Source: Gammaproteobacteria bacterium (GTDB lineage: Bacteria; Pseudomonadota; Gammaproteobacteria; Natronospirales; REEB76). From it: a stretch of DNA of 53,573 nt. A program made the translations under genes and the position numbers. This document shows positions 10,337 through 23,401 of the stretch, piece after piece. Position 1 is the first letter of the stretch. Every line of letters starts with the position of its first letter. The stretch spans positions 1 through 53,573 of the forward strand of contig JAGWLP010000002.1 of NCBI GenBank assembly GCA_028864905.1. Reading direction: 5' to 3'. The notes beneath the pieces are model-generated. The model was not told where the DNA came from and ran no database searches. It saw only the letters and a program-made list of their open reading frames with translations.

Positions 10337-10777
10337 ATGAACATCGCAATTCGCAATTCGCTGGCTTGGTGTGCGGGTGTGCTGTGTGCGGCGATCTGCG
10401 CCACGGCGTTTGCCGCAGTTTCGTCCGCGTTCGTGAACTCGCGCAGCGAGCCGCATGCGGTACTGTATCTGAACTACAAGATGGTTCCCAGCCAGATATA
10501 TCCGGTGCGCATCTGGATGGTGGATGGCACGCTCACCAACCGTTCGGATCAGGGCGTGGTGTGGATGAAGCCGGGCGACTACACGCTGCGCATCAAACTC
10601 ACCAAGATTGTGAATCTCGACTATGTGCCAGGTCTCAAACAGAAGCTGCCCGATGCGCGCCAGATGCAGGACCTGAAACTCGACCTGCAGGCCGGCAAAG
10701 CCTACTACATCGGCGCCAAGTTCGATGCTTCCGGCAATTGGCAGCCGGTGGTGTGGAAGACCGCAGAATTCAAGTAA
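10337..10777 (+). CDS. secreted protein of unknown function, paralog B
   Basis: AGGAGG RBS and a signal peptide (LAWCAGVLCAAICATAFAAVS). It shares the motifs SRSEPH.VLYLN, DG.LTNRSDQGV.W.KPGDYT and AYYIGAKF.ASG.WQPVVWKT with paralog A. Confidence 0.6.
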   Translation: MNIAIRNSLAWCAGVLCAAICATAFAAVSSAFVNSRSEPHAVLYLNYKMVPSQIYPVRIWMVDGTLTNRSDQGVVWMKPGDYTLRIKLTKIVNLDYVPGLKQKLPDARQMQDLKLDLQAGKAYYIGAKFDASGNWQPVVWKTAEFK

Positions 10778-10800
10778 GCGCGCAGCCCGTTGCATTCCGC

Positions 10801-10834
10801 CGCCGTTATCAGTCAGGATAACGGCGGTTTTTTA
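10801..10834 (+). terminator. rho-independent terminator after the paralog pair
   Basis: Perfect 11-bp stem CCGCCGTTATC / GATAACGGCGG with a 6-nt loop, followed by TTTTTT. Confidence 0.8.
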
Positions 10835-10870
10835 TGCGTGGTCAATGGAGCTTGACGAGGGAGGTTGGTC

Positions 10871-11359
10871 ATGCAGGTCACCGCCAACATGCTCACCGAC
10901 GGCATGCTTGATTCGCTGCGTCGCACCCGGCCGTGGGTAATTTTTCTGGCCATACTGGGCTTTATTCTCACCGCCTTCATGATCATCGGCGGAATCTGGA
11001 TGTTCGCGGCGTTCAGCCTCATCGGCGCTATGCCAGCGCAACAGCCGTTGCCGCGATTCTTTGGCCCCGTGCTTGGCTTCGGTATCGGCGCGGCGGAAAT
11101 CGTGGCAGCGGTATTCATGTATCTGCTGCCCTGCATCATCCTGTTCCGCTATGGCTCGGCCATCGGGCGCATGGCTCCGGGTAACATTCAATTGGCGGTG
11201 GAAGACGCGCTGGCGAGGCAGAAATCCTTCTGGAAGTACCTCGGCATACTCATGATCGTGCTGCTGGTCGTGTACGTGCTGCTGATTGCCGGAATGATTG
11301 TCAGCTTTGGGATCTTGGCGGTACACGGCGTGCATGCGGTACCCGCCACGACCGCCTGA
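10871..11359 (+). CDS. uncharacterised 4-TM membrane protein
   Basis: ATG at 10871 after GAGGGAGG. The sequence has a hydrophobic helix pattern and I recognise no catalytic motif. Confidence 0.55.
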   Translation: MQVTANMLTDGMLDSLRRTRPWVIFLAILGFILTAFMIIGGIWMFAAFSLIGAMPAQQPLPRFFGPVLGFGIGAAEIVAAVFMYLLPCIILFRYGSAIGRMAPGNIQLAVEDALARQKSFWKYLGILMIVLLVVYVLLIAGMIVSFGILAVHGVHAVPATTA

Positions 11360-11364
11360 ACAGA

Positions 11365-11388
11365 TAAAAAACCCCGCCAGCGGCGGGG
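11365..11388 (-). terminator. rho-independent terminator downstream of acnA (possibly bidirectional)
   Basis: Stem CCCCGCC / GGCGGGG with a 3-nt loop. On the minus strand it is followed by a T run (AAAAAA on plus). It lies between two convergent genes. Confidence 0.7.
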
Positions 11389-11460
11389 TCTTGCACATCA
11401 GAACGGCACCTTGAGCTTCGCCGCACTGGAATCGCGGCCTGTGTCGCCCCATGGGGCGGG

Positions 11461-14199
<2,739 letters not shown>

Positions 14200-14291
14200 A
14201 ACGACTCCGGCGGGGGCGCGGCGCCGCATTCAGGCTGCGGGCCGGGCAAAAGCGGATTTTCTACGTGCGCATTATACAAGGATGGTTGCGT

Positions 14292-14930
14292 TCAGGCGTA
14301 GCGGCCGCTCTCGCCAAGCAGGCGCGTGGCTTCCTTGTGCAGATGCGCGCGCGTGAACAGCAGCATCCAGCGCGAACCGCCGCATTGCCGCCACAGCACC
14401 GCGGCACGCAATCCGCCGAGCAGCAGGCTGCGCACCAGATTGATGATGCGCGGGTTCTGGAGTTGCACGGCGTCGCCGGTCACCATGATGCGCGGTTGAA
14501 TGGTGCCCGCACTGCGCGCGTAGGTGTCGGCGAGACTGGCGAGTACGTTGGGGTGCAGCGGGCCGAAATGCTGGAATTGACTCTGGGCCCTGCGGATGCC
14601 TTCTTCCAGCACTTGGCGCAGCGCGCGGCGGCGCATCACCTTGCTCTGCAACTGCATCAGGCTGAGCGTGTAGCGCAGTACCACCAGATCACTTTGTTGA
14701 TCGTGCGTTCCGAGCAATGCCGTCAAGCGCTGCAGGCCGAGTCCCAGGCCGCGCAAGCCGCCAAACACTTCCGGCACGTCGTGGGTTTGGGTTTTGATGA
14801 TGCTGCCGAGGGTGGCGTGCAAAGCCAGTTCGTCGGGCTGTTGCACGCTGGTGGCCACGTTGTTCACCAAGGAACTCGCCTGGACCATGCCGGCCAGTGC
14901 CAGCACCCGGTCCGACAATGATCGGCTCAT
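14292..14930 (-). CDS. hflD: high-frequency-of-lysogenization protein HflD
   Basis: The internal ATG at 14928-14930 overlaps the mnmA stop (ATGA). The product begins [22 protein letters not shown] and is about 212 aa. The conserved mnmA-hflD order supports the call. Confidence 0.8.
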   Translation of the reverse strand: MSRSLSDRVLALAGMVQASSLVNNVATSVQQPDELALHATLGSIIKTQTHDVPEVFGGLRGLGLGLQRLTALLGTHDQQSDLVVLRYTLSLMQLQSKVMRRRALRQVLEEGIRRAQSQFQHFGPLHPNVLASLADTYARSAGTIQPRIMVTGDAVQLQNPRIINLVRSLLLGGLRAAVLWRQCGGSRWMLLFTRAHLHKEATRLLGESGRYA

Positions 14931-16057
14931 GCGGCGTGCCGCGTATGCGCGCCGGCACAGGCTGCCGTTTCCACGGCGCATATCGCGCCGCCGCCCAGGC
15001 ATTCCTCGCCACGGTAAAGCACGACGTACTGGCCCGGCGTCAGCGCCCGCTGCGGCTCGTTGAAGGTCACGCGCGCAGTGCCGTCCTGCAGACTAACATG
15101 GCAGATCTGGTCCGGCTGGCGGTAACGACTCTTGGCGGTGCAGTCGAACTCTGCCGCCGGGGGAGTGCCCGCGATCCAGTGGAGTTGTTCCGCCACCAGC
15201 CAGCGTTGCGTGAGTGCTTTGTGCTCCGGTCCCTGTACGACCACCAGTACGTTGCGCGGTCGATCCTTGGCGGCTACGTACCAGGCCGTATCGGCGGCAT
15301 CCTGCCGGCCGCCGATACCGAGGCCGCGGCGCTGGCCGAACGTGTAATACATGAGTCCCTGATGCCGGCCGATGATTTCACCTTCCAGCGTTTCGATGTC
15401 GCCCGGCTGTGCCGGCAGGTAGTGCGCCAGGAACTCGGCAAAACGGCGCTCGCCAATGAAGCAGATGCCGGTGCTGTCGGGTTTGGCGTGATTGGCGAAT
15501 CCCGCGGCGCGCGCCAGCGCGCGCACTTCGCGTTTGTGCATCTCGCCGAGTGGAAACTGCGCGCGCGCCAGCGCCGTCTGCGGCACCGCGTGCAGGAAAT
15601 AACTCTGGTCCTTGGCGGCGTCGCGGGCTTTCAGCAGGCGCACCTGTGCGTCGTCGCGGGAGAGGCGCGCGTAATGTCCGGTGGCGATGGACTCCGCGCC
15701 CAGGCGTAGCGCGTAATCCAGAAACACCTTGAACTTGATCTCACGGTTGCAGATTACATCCGGATTGGGCGTGCGGCCGGTTGCGTATTCGTCGAGGAAC
15801 AGGCGGAACACGCGCTCGCGGTAATCGGCCGCGAAATTCGCCTTGTGCAGCGCGATGCCGAGTACGTCGCATACTTGGCGGGCGTCCTGGAAGTCCTCGG
15901 CGGCAGTGCAGTAGGTCTGTTGCTCGCCGTCCTCCCAGTTGTCCATGAATAGACCTTCCACGGCATGGCCCTGCTGTTTGAGCAGCAGGGCGGCGACCGC
16001 GGAATCCACGCCGCCGGACAGGCCGACCACCACGCACGACCGATTGCTTCCGTTCAT
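14927..16057 (-). CDS. mnmA: tRNA 2-thiouridine(34) synthase MnmA
   Basis: PP-loop [15 protein letters not shown], plus NPDVICN and GICFIGER motifs. Confidence 0.95.
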   Translation of the reverse strand: MNGSNRSCVVVGLSGGVDSAVAALLLKQQGHAVEGLFMDNWEDGEQQTYCTAAEDFQDARQVCDVLGIALHKANFAADYRERVFRLFLDEYATGRTPNPDVICNREIKFKVFLDYALRLGAESIATGHYARLSRDDAQVRLLKARDAAKDQSYFLHAVPQTALARAQFPLGEMHKREVRALARAAGFANHAKPDSTGICFIGERRFAEFLAHYLPAQPGDIETLEGEIIGRHQGLMYYTFGQRRGLGIGGRQDAADTAWYVAAKDRPRNVLVVVQGPEHKALTQRWLVAEQLHWIAGTPPAAEFDCTAKSRYRQPDQICHVSLQDGTARVTFNEPQRALTPGQYVVLYRGEECLGGGAICAVETAACAGAHTRHAA

Positions 16058-16086
16058 GAGCCTATATTACCTGCGGGGAACGCTGC

Positions 16087-16566
16087 TCAACTGCGCGCCT
16101 GGGCAGCGTGTGCCGTGATGGAGTCCAGCGAGGCGAGCAGATCCAGGGGAAAACGCCGGCCGCCGAGATAGTCGTCAATGCAACGTAGCACCAGCGGGCT
16201 GCGCAGTTGCACGTTGTTCGCGCCAAGTTCCTCGCGTGTCATCCACCTGGGAGCGACAATTCCCGTATCCAGCGTGCGATCAGGATATTGGCGGAGGCAA
16301 CGGCCGCAAAAGGTAATGCGCAGAAAGGTGGTGCGGATGGCAGCGTTGGTCCACAGATAAATGCCGGTAATGGCGCTGGGCTCGAACTCCCAACCGGTTT
16401 CCTCCATGGTTTCACGCCGCACCGCGGCAGTGAAACTCTCGCCGGCTTCCAGGTGGCCGGCGGGATTGTTCAGCACCAGACGCCCGCGCACTTTTTCCTC
16501 CACGATCAGAAAGCGCTTATTCTGCTCGGCGATTGCGGCCACGGTGACGTGTGGCGACCAGGTCAT
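16087..16566 (-). CDS. NUDIX hydrolase (NudJ-like)
   Basis: The internal ATG at 16564-16566 gives MTWSPHVTVAAI. The Nudix box is GHLEAGESFTAAVRRETMEETG. Confidence 0.8.
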   Translation of the reverse strand: MTWSPHVTVAAIAEQNKRFLIVEEKVRGRLVLNNPAGHLEAGESFTAAVRRETMEETGWEFEPSAITGIYLWTNAAIRTTFLRITFCGRCLRQYPDRTLDTGIVAPRWMTREELGANNVQLRSPLVLRCIDDYLGGRRFPLDLLASLDSITAHAAQARS

Positions 16567-16630
16567 GCTTTCACCTTGGTGCCCGTCGGATGGCGGTGGC
16601 AAGCACGCGTCCCAGGTGAAGTGACGGGAA

Positions 16631-17122
16631 TCACAGGCCCAAGCGGCGGAATTCCTGCTCGGGTTCCGCCGCCTCCCAAATCTCGTCGAATTGCCGCAGA
16701 CGATTGCGGGCTTGGAACGCATCATCAAGGTCGGCGAAGCCCTCAAAGCGGCTGGCCAACGGTCGGAACATCAGGCCGGTATCGTCACTGATGAGGAAAG
16801 CTTCCGCGAGTTTCGCGTGATCCTCCGAAGGCCGGCGGATTTCCATGTAACTGCTGAGTCGCCGCGTGAGCTCAATGAGGCGGTGACCGTCACTGACTGC
16901 GAGTTGCGGATCAATCACCACCATGCGGATGCGCGCATACCGGCTGCGCAGCGCCATCTGTTGTACGGCAGCGATAAAATCCGCGGTGTCGTAAATCACC
17001 GGTTCCAGATCACGCGAGAACAGTGCCAGACTGCGACGCGCCTGAGTGGCCAGTTGCAACGCGGCCTGACGACAGTCACCGGAGGTTGCGAGAATTCGAT
17101 GGGTGGGTGGACGGTCAGTCAT
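16631..17122 (-). CDS. conserved hypothetical protein
   Basis: Clean 163 aa ORF between purB and the NUDIX gene on the same strand. I cannot place it in a family with confidence. Confidence 0.5.
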   Translation of the reverse strand: MTDRPPTHRILATSGDCRQAALQLATQARRSLALFSRDLEPVIYDTADFIAAVQQMALRSRYARIRMVVIDPQLAVSDGHRLIELTRRLSSYMEIRRPSEDHAKLAEAFLISDDTGLMFRPLASRFEGFADLDDAFQARNRLRQFDEIWEAAEPEQEFRRLGL

Positions 17123-17256
17123 GTTCCGGCACTCGGCTCAGGCGCGGTTGCCCGGTATTGTAACGAGCCAACAGACGAAAGCCGCAGCCGCAGTAATACC
17201 CGGCACGGTCTAAATGTGTATTGTGTTAACTCACCGGTCGGAGCGACGTCGGGCAT

Positions 17257-18672
<1,416 letters not shown>

Positions 18673-18779
18673 TTATGACGTTTTCGCAGGCGCCGGGTAA
18701 CCAGCATCGTGGCAAAGAATTATATCATTGGATCATAACGTTACGGTATATATATGAGTTCATTTCTTGGAGAAAAATT

Positions 18780-20168
18780 ATGGCCGACACGGGATTCCGG
18801 CTAGAACACGACGGCATGGGCGAACTCAAGGTGCCGGCCAAAGCCATGTGGGGCGCTCAAACCCAGCGCGCAGTGCAAAACTTCCCGATCAGCGGCCTGA
18901 CTTTGCCACGCGCCTTTATACGCGCGCTTGGCCTCATCAAGGCTTGCGCTGCAGGCGTCAACCGGGAACTCGGCCTGCTCGACGCCGGGCGCGCCCAAGC
19001 CATAGAGGTGGCCGCATTGGAGGTGGCTGAGGGGCAGCACGACCGCCAGTTCCCGATCGACGTGTTTCAGACGGGCTCCGGCACCAGCACCAACATGAAT
19101 GCCAACGAGGTAATTGCGCACTTGGTGGCACGCTCGGTGGGGCAGCCGGTACACCCGAACGATCACGTCAACATGGGTCAGAGCAGCAACGACACCATCC
19201 CCACGGCCATACACGTGAGCGCGGCGTTGGAGCTGAAGGAGAAACTGCTGCCGGCTCTGGCGCACCTCGCCGAGGTTATTGAATCCAAATCGCGTGAGAC
19301 CTCCGATATTGTGACTACCGGGCGTACACATCTCATGGATGCGATGCCAGTCACCTTGGGGCAGGAGATGTCCGGCTGGGCTGTGCAGATTCGCCATGCC
19401 GTTGAGCGGCTCAATGCCGTGACGCCGCGTCTCTACGCGCTGGCTCAAGGTGGCACGGCGGTCGGTACCGGCATCAATGCCCACCCGGAATTCGGCCGGC
19501 GCATGGCTGCGGAACTGGCCCGGCGCAGCGGCGTGGCTTTCAAAGCCAGCGCAAATTATTTCGAGTCCCTGAGTTGCCAAGACACAGCCGTGGAACTTTC
19601 GGGTCAATTGAGGACTTTGGCGGTCAGCCTCATGAAGATTTCCAACGACCTGCGCTGGATGAATAGCGGGCCGCTGGCGGGACTTGGAGAGCTCGCATTG
19701 CCGGCGCTGCAACCCGGATCCAGCATCATGCCGGGCAAGGTGAACCCGGTGATTCCGGAGGCGGTAACCATGGTCGCGGCCCAGGTCATTGGCAACGATG
19801 TGACCATAACGGTGGCGGGACAATCCGGCAATTTCCAGTTGAACGTGATGCTCCCAGTGATTGCCTACAACCTCCTGCAAGCCATTGAATTGTTGGCAAA
19901 CGCAACGCGCTTGCTTGCGGACCAAGCCATCAAAGGGTTCAGCGTGAATCGGGAGCACATCGAGGCGGCACTGGCCAAGAACCCAATCTTGGTAACCGCC
20001 CTCAATCCGGTCATCGGCTATGAAAAGGGCGCCGAAATTGCCAAGCAGGCCTACAAGGAGAAGCGGTCTGTCTTGGAAGTGGCCAAGCGTTCAACGTCAT
20101 TGTCCGAGGCGCGTCTGCGCGAGCTGCTGGATCCGGCAGCCCTCACACGCGGAGGCATAAAGAAATAG
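18780..20168 (+). CDS. fumC: class II fumarate hydratase FumC
   Basis: ATG at 18780 after GGAG. The product begins MADTGFRLEHDGMGELKVPAKAMWGAQTQRA and carries the signature GSSIMPGKVNP. Confidence 0.95.
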   Translation: MADTGFRLEHDGMGELKVPAKAMWGAQTQRAVQNFPISGLTLPRAFIRALGLIKACAAGVNRELGLLDAGRAQAIEVAALEVAEGQHDRQFPIDVFQTGSGTSTNMNANEVIAHLVARSVGQPVHPNDHVNMGQSSNDTIPTAIHVSAALELKEKLLPALAHLAEVIESKSRETSDIVTTGRTHLMDAMPVTLGQEMSGWAVQIRHAVERLNAVTPRLYALAQGGTAVGTGINAHPEFGRRMAAELARRSGVAFKASANYFESLSCQDTAVELSGQLRTLAVSLMKISNDLRWMNSGPLAGLGELALPALQPGSSIMPGKVNPVIPEAVTMVAAQVIGNDVTITVAGQSGNFQLNVMLPVIAYNLLQAIELLANATRLLADQAIKGFSVNREHIEAALAKNPILVTALNPVIGYEKGAEIAKQAYKEKRSVLEVAKRSTSLSEARLRELLDPAALTRGGIKK

Positions 20169-20211
20169 TTAGAATTTACAATGTTTATTGATGCTTAGTA
20201 TTTGATAAATA

Positions 20212-20829
20212 ATGGATATATCTGAACTTATCCGGCTCAGTCTGAAGGATTCCAGGCCACCGCGCGATTTCAGTCCCAAGCGCGTATTGGGTGACTTGCC
20301 TCCGGACATGCTGCCGCGCAAACCCTGGAAATCCGCTGCGGTGCTGGTTCCCCTGGTTATGCGCCGGCCCGAGCCGACCATCCTTCTCACCGAGCGTACC
20401 CAGGGTTTGCTGGATCACGCCGGGCAAGTGAGCTTTCCGGGCGGCAGCCACGAGGACCGGGATGCGGATGTGGTGCAAACGGCGTTGCGTGAGACCGAGG
20501 AGGAGACTGGCCTGAATCATCGGCTGGTGGAGCCGGTCGGCTATCTGGACGGCTACCTGACCATTAGCGGCTATGCGGTGACTCCGGTGGTGGGCTTGGT
20601 CCATACGGGTTTTGAACTCAAGCCCGACCCCTTGGAGGTGGCCGAGGTTTTCGAGGTGCCGCTGGTATTTTTACGTGACCCAGCCAACCGTCAGGTGCGC
20701 CAGCGGCGGGTGGGGGAGCGCGAACTGGGGTACTACCTGTTCGAGTACCGCCACCACAGCATCTGGGGCGCAACGGCCGCCATGCTGGTGAATTTCCTGC
20801 AAAAACTTGAGCGCGCGGAAGCCGCATGA
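20212..20829 (+). CDS. nudL: CoA pyrophosphatase (NUDIX, NudL-like)
   Basis: AAVLVPL...LTERT...HAGQVSFPGG followed by the Nudix box ALRETEEETGL. Confidence 0.8.
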   Translation: MDISELIRLSLKDSRPPRDFSPKRVLGDLPPDMLPRKPWKSAAVLVPLVMRRPEPTILLTERTQGLLDHAGQVSFPGGSHEDRDADVVQTALRETEEETGLNHRLVEPVGYLDGYLTISGYAVTPVVGLVHTGFELKPDPLEVAEVFEVPLVFLRDPANRQVRQRRVGERELGYYLFEYRHHSIWGATAAMLVNFLQKLERAEAA

Positions 20830-21239
20830 CTACACAGCGCACCGGTTTACTGGACGACATCCCCACGGATCAGCCCGAGCTGGCGTGTGCGCTGGAACTG
20901 CAGCAATGCGCCGCGCAGGTCGGTTTTGACTGGGATTCGCTGCCTCCGGTGCTGGCCAAGGTGCGCGAGGAGTTGGGTGAACTGGAAGCAGAGGTTACAT
21001 GTGGGGCCAAGCGGGAACGCATGCTGGACGAGCTTGGTGACCTGCTGTTTGCGGTCGCCAATCTGGCGCGCAAACTCGGTCTTGATCCTCAGGCCGCGTT
21101 GCACAGTACCAATGCTAAATTCCGCCGGCGCTTCGCAGCAGTAGAACAACAGCTTGCGCAGCAGGGCCGACGACCGCAAGACGCCAGTCTTGCCGAAATG
21201 GACGCTATCTGGGAGCGGGCCAAGCACGAGCAGTGCTGA
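20826..21239 (+). CDS. mazG: single-domain MazG nucleoside-triphosphate pyrophosphohydrolase
   Basis: EELGELEAE ... DELGDLLFAVANLARKLGLDPQ motifs. At 137 aa it has one MazG domain. Its ATG overlaps the nudL stop (ATGA). Confidence 0.8.
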   Translation: MTTQRTGLLDDIPTDQPELACALELQQCAAQVGFDWDSLPPVLAKVREELGELEAEVTCGAKRERMLDELGDLLFAVANLARKLGLDPQAALHSTNAKFRRRFAAVEQQLAQQGRRPQDASLAEMDAIWERAKHEQC

Positions 21240-21600
21240 ACCCGGGATTACGGATTGCAGAGTCTTTGGGTTTTCCAATGATGCCAAGGCCTTGTGTTGG
21301 CTGCCGGACCGGCAGACCGTTTGATGCCAGCCGGGCGGGAATTGGTATTACATATTCAGGATCGACGCCCCAACACTCTGCGATCAGTAAGTCGTAACGA
21401 AGGGTAATGGGCTAGGGGAGGAACCGGAAAGAAGCCTGCAAAATCTCGTGCGCTAGCTCAAATAATCCTGCCAAGCTCAGGAAAAACCGGAAGAAATTTG
21501 CTGTCTTACGGGCGGTTGCGCTATGCTTTGCCGCCCGCGGGATCCGCGAAAACCGGCGGGCAGAGCTGGGCACGCCCCAGACAGTCGCCCAGGAGCACTT

Positions 21601-22539
21601 ATGCCACAGAAGATCGGCTTGGTCGTTGATTCCAGCTGCGATTTGCCGCGCTCCTTCATCGAGCAGCACGGCGTTGAAATCATGCCGGTACTGATGCGTT
21701 TCGGGCACATGAGCTTCAAGGACCTGCGCGACCCTGAACAGACCATGGACTTCTACCGCCGGTTTGTGGCGGACAAGAACCTGGAAATCACCACCACGCC
21801 GCTGTCCGCCAAGGCGATCCGCGACTTGTTTCTGGATCAACTGGTACTCAAATACGACCGTGCATTGGTCGTCACGGTTTCCAGCAACCGCAGCGCCACC
21901 TTTGAGAACGCCACGCAGGCGTCCTTCATGATTCTCTCGGGTTACAAGGAACGCCGTCGCGCCGCCGGCCTGGACGAACAGTTCGGCCTGCGCGTGATTG
22001 ACAGCAAGACCCTGTTTACCGGTCCCGCGGTGATCGTCTACGAGGCGCTGCGGGCAATCCAGGGCCAGGAGGAGTTCCTGTTCGACAAATTGCGCCAGCA
22101 CGTGGAATCCTTTTCGCAGCACGTGCAGGCGTATGTAGTTCCGCAGGATCTGTTCTACGTGCGCAGCCGTGCGCACCAGAAGGGTGACAAAAGCGTGGGC
22201 TGGTTCAAATACCAGATGGGCAGCATGCTGGACATCAAGCCGATCCTGAGGGCTTATCGCGGTGAGACCGAATCGGTGGCCAACGTGCGGGGTTACGAAC
22301 ACGCAGTCGAGAAGTTGTTTGGCATGACCATCGAGGCCATACAGCGTGGACTACTCAGCAAAGTAGTATGCATGAGCTACGCGGGTAATCCGGAGGCGGT
22401 GAAATCGCTGCCTGGCTACGATGCGTTTATTCAATGCGCCACGAGCAACAAGGTCGAAACCCTGTTGTCGGTGATGAGCACGTCGGCGGGTATCCACGTG
22501 GGTCCGGGCGCGTTCAGCCTTGCGTATGCCGCACGCTAG
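21601..22539 (+). CDS. DegV-family fatty-acid-binding protein
   Basis: ATG at 21601 gives MPQKIGLVVDSSCDLP. Length (312 aa) and pattern match DegV. Confidence 0.85.
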   Translation: MPQKIGLVVDSSCDLPRSFIEQHGVEIMPVLMRFGHMSFKDLRDPEQTMDFYRRFVADKNLEITTTPLSAKAIRDLFLDQLVLKYDRALVVTVSSNRSATFENATQASFMILSGYKERRRAAGLDEQFGLRVIDSKTLFTGPAVIVYEALRAIQGQEEFLFDKLRQHVESFSQHVQAYVVPQDLFYVRSRAHQKGDKSVGWFKYQMGSMLDIKPILRAYRGETESVANVRGYEHAVEKLFGMTIEAIQRGLLSKVVCMSYAGNPEAVKSLPGYDAFIQCATSNKVETLLSVMSTSAGIHVGPGAFSLAYAAR

Positions 22540-22619
22540 GCTCGATACAGGCGTTCAAGCCTGCTCCTGAAGCGCAGCGGTTCATTGTGCTGCACTTGTC
22601 ATAGTGCCCGTCAGTTGTA

Positions 22620-22650
22620 GACGCAACGGCGCCGTCAGCGTCAATTCTTT
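22620..22650 (+). terminator. possible terminator after DegV
   Basis: Imperfect hairpin GACGCaACGGC/GCCGTcaGCGTC followed by a T-rich tract. It overlaps the 3-prime end of the convergent SPFH gene. Confidence 0.35.
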
Positions 22651-23401
22651 AATTCTTTTTTAGCTTGGCAAGCAGCGGCTCCACCAGGTCCATAGGCAGC
22701 GGAAACAGGATGGTGTTGCTCTTGTCGCCGGCGATCTCAACCAGCGTTTGCAGATAGCGCAGCTGAATGGCCTGGGGTTGCTGCATCAGCGTTTGTGCGG
22801 CCTCCATGAGTTTCTGCGAGGCTTGTAGTTCGCCTTCCGCGTTAATCACCTTGGCACGGCGCTGACGCTCGGCTTCCGCCTGCTTGGCGATGGCGCGCAC
22901 CATGTTTTCGTCCAGATCCACCTGCTTGATTTCCACATTCGTGACTTTCATGCCCCAGGCGTCGGTGTGCTGGTCCAGGATGGTCTGGATGTCGGAGTTG
23001 AGCTTGTCGCGTGCGGCGAGCATGTCATCCAGTTCATGCTGGCCAAGCACCGAGCGCAGCGTGGTCTGGGCCAACTGGCTGCTGGCCTCGAATACGTCCG
23101 CAACCTGGATTACGGCCTTCTCCGGGTCAATGATGCGCACGTAGATGACTGCATTGACCTTCACGGATACGTTATCGCGCGAGATGACGTCCTGGGGCGG
23201 TACCTCCATGACCACCACGCGCAGATCTACCTTGCTCATTTGCTGGATGAGCGGCCATACCACCACGATGCCCGGGCCGCAGACACGCCGGAAGCGTCCG
23301 AAGTGGAACACCACGCCGCGCTGATATTCCTTCAGAACCTTGAGCGAGCTGAGGATAACGAGTGCCAATATGATGATGATAACGAGGATCGCGATGGCCA
23401 T
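22649..23401 (-). CDS. SPFH/Band 7 (stomatin-like, QmcA-type) protein
   Basis: N-terminal TM then [17 protein letters not shown]...[15 protein letters not shown], with a C-terminal coiled-coil [17 protein letters not shown]. Confidence 0.9.
   Translation of the reverse strand: MAIAILVIIIILALVILSSLKVLKEYQRGVVFHFGRFRRVCGPGIVVVWPLIQQMSKVDLRVVVMEVPPQDVISRDNVSVKVNAVIYVRIIDPEKAVIQVADVFEASSQLAQTTLRSVLGQHELDDMLAARDKLNSDIQTILDQHTDAWGMKVTNVEIKQVDLDENMVRAIAKQAEAERQRRAKVINAEGELQASQKLMEAAQTLMQQPQAIQLRYLQTLVEIAGDKSNTILFPLPMDLVEPLLAKLKKN

Noticed and set aside
21240-21600. Possible SRP RNA, tmRNA, 6S or RNase P RNA in the DegV upstream gap.
   Set aside because: A segment such as GGAACCGGAAAGAAGCC only superficially resembles the SRP RNA GGAAGGAAGCAGCC motif. 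The tmRNA and RNase P hallmark sequences are absent.
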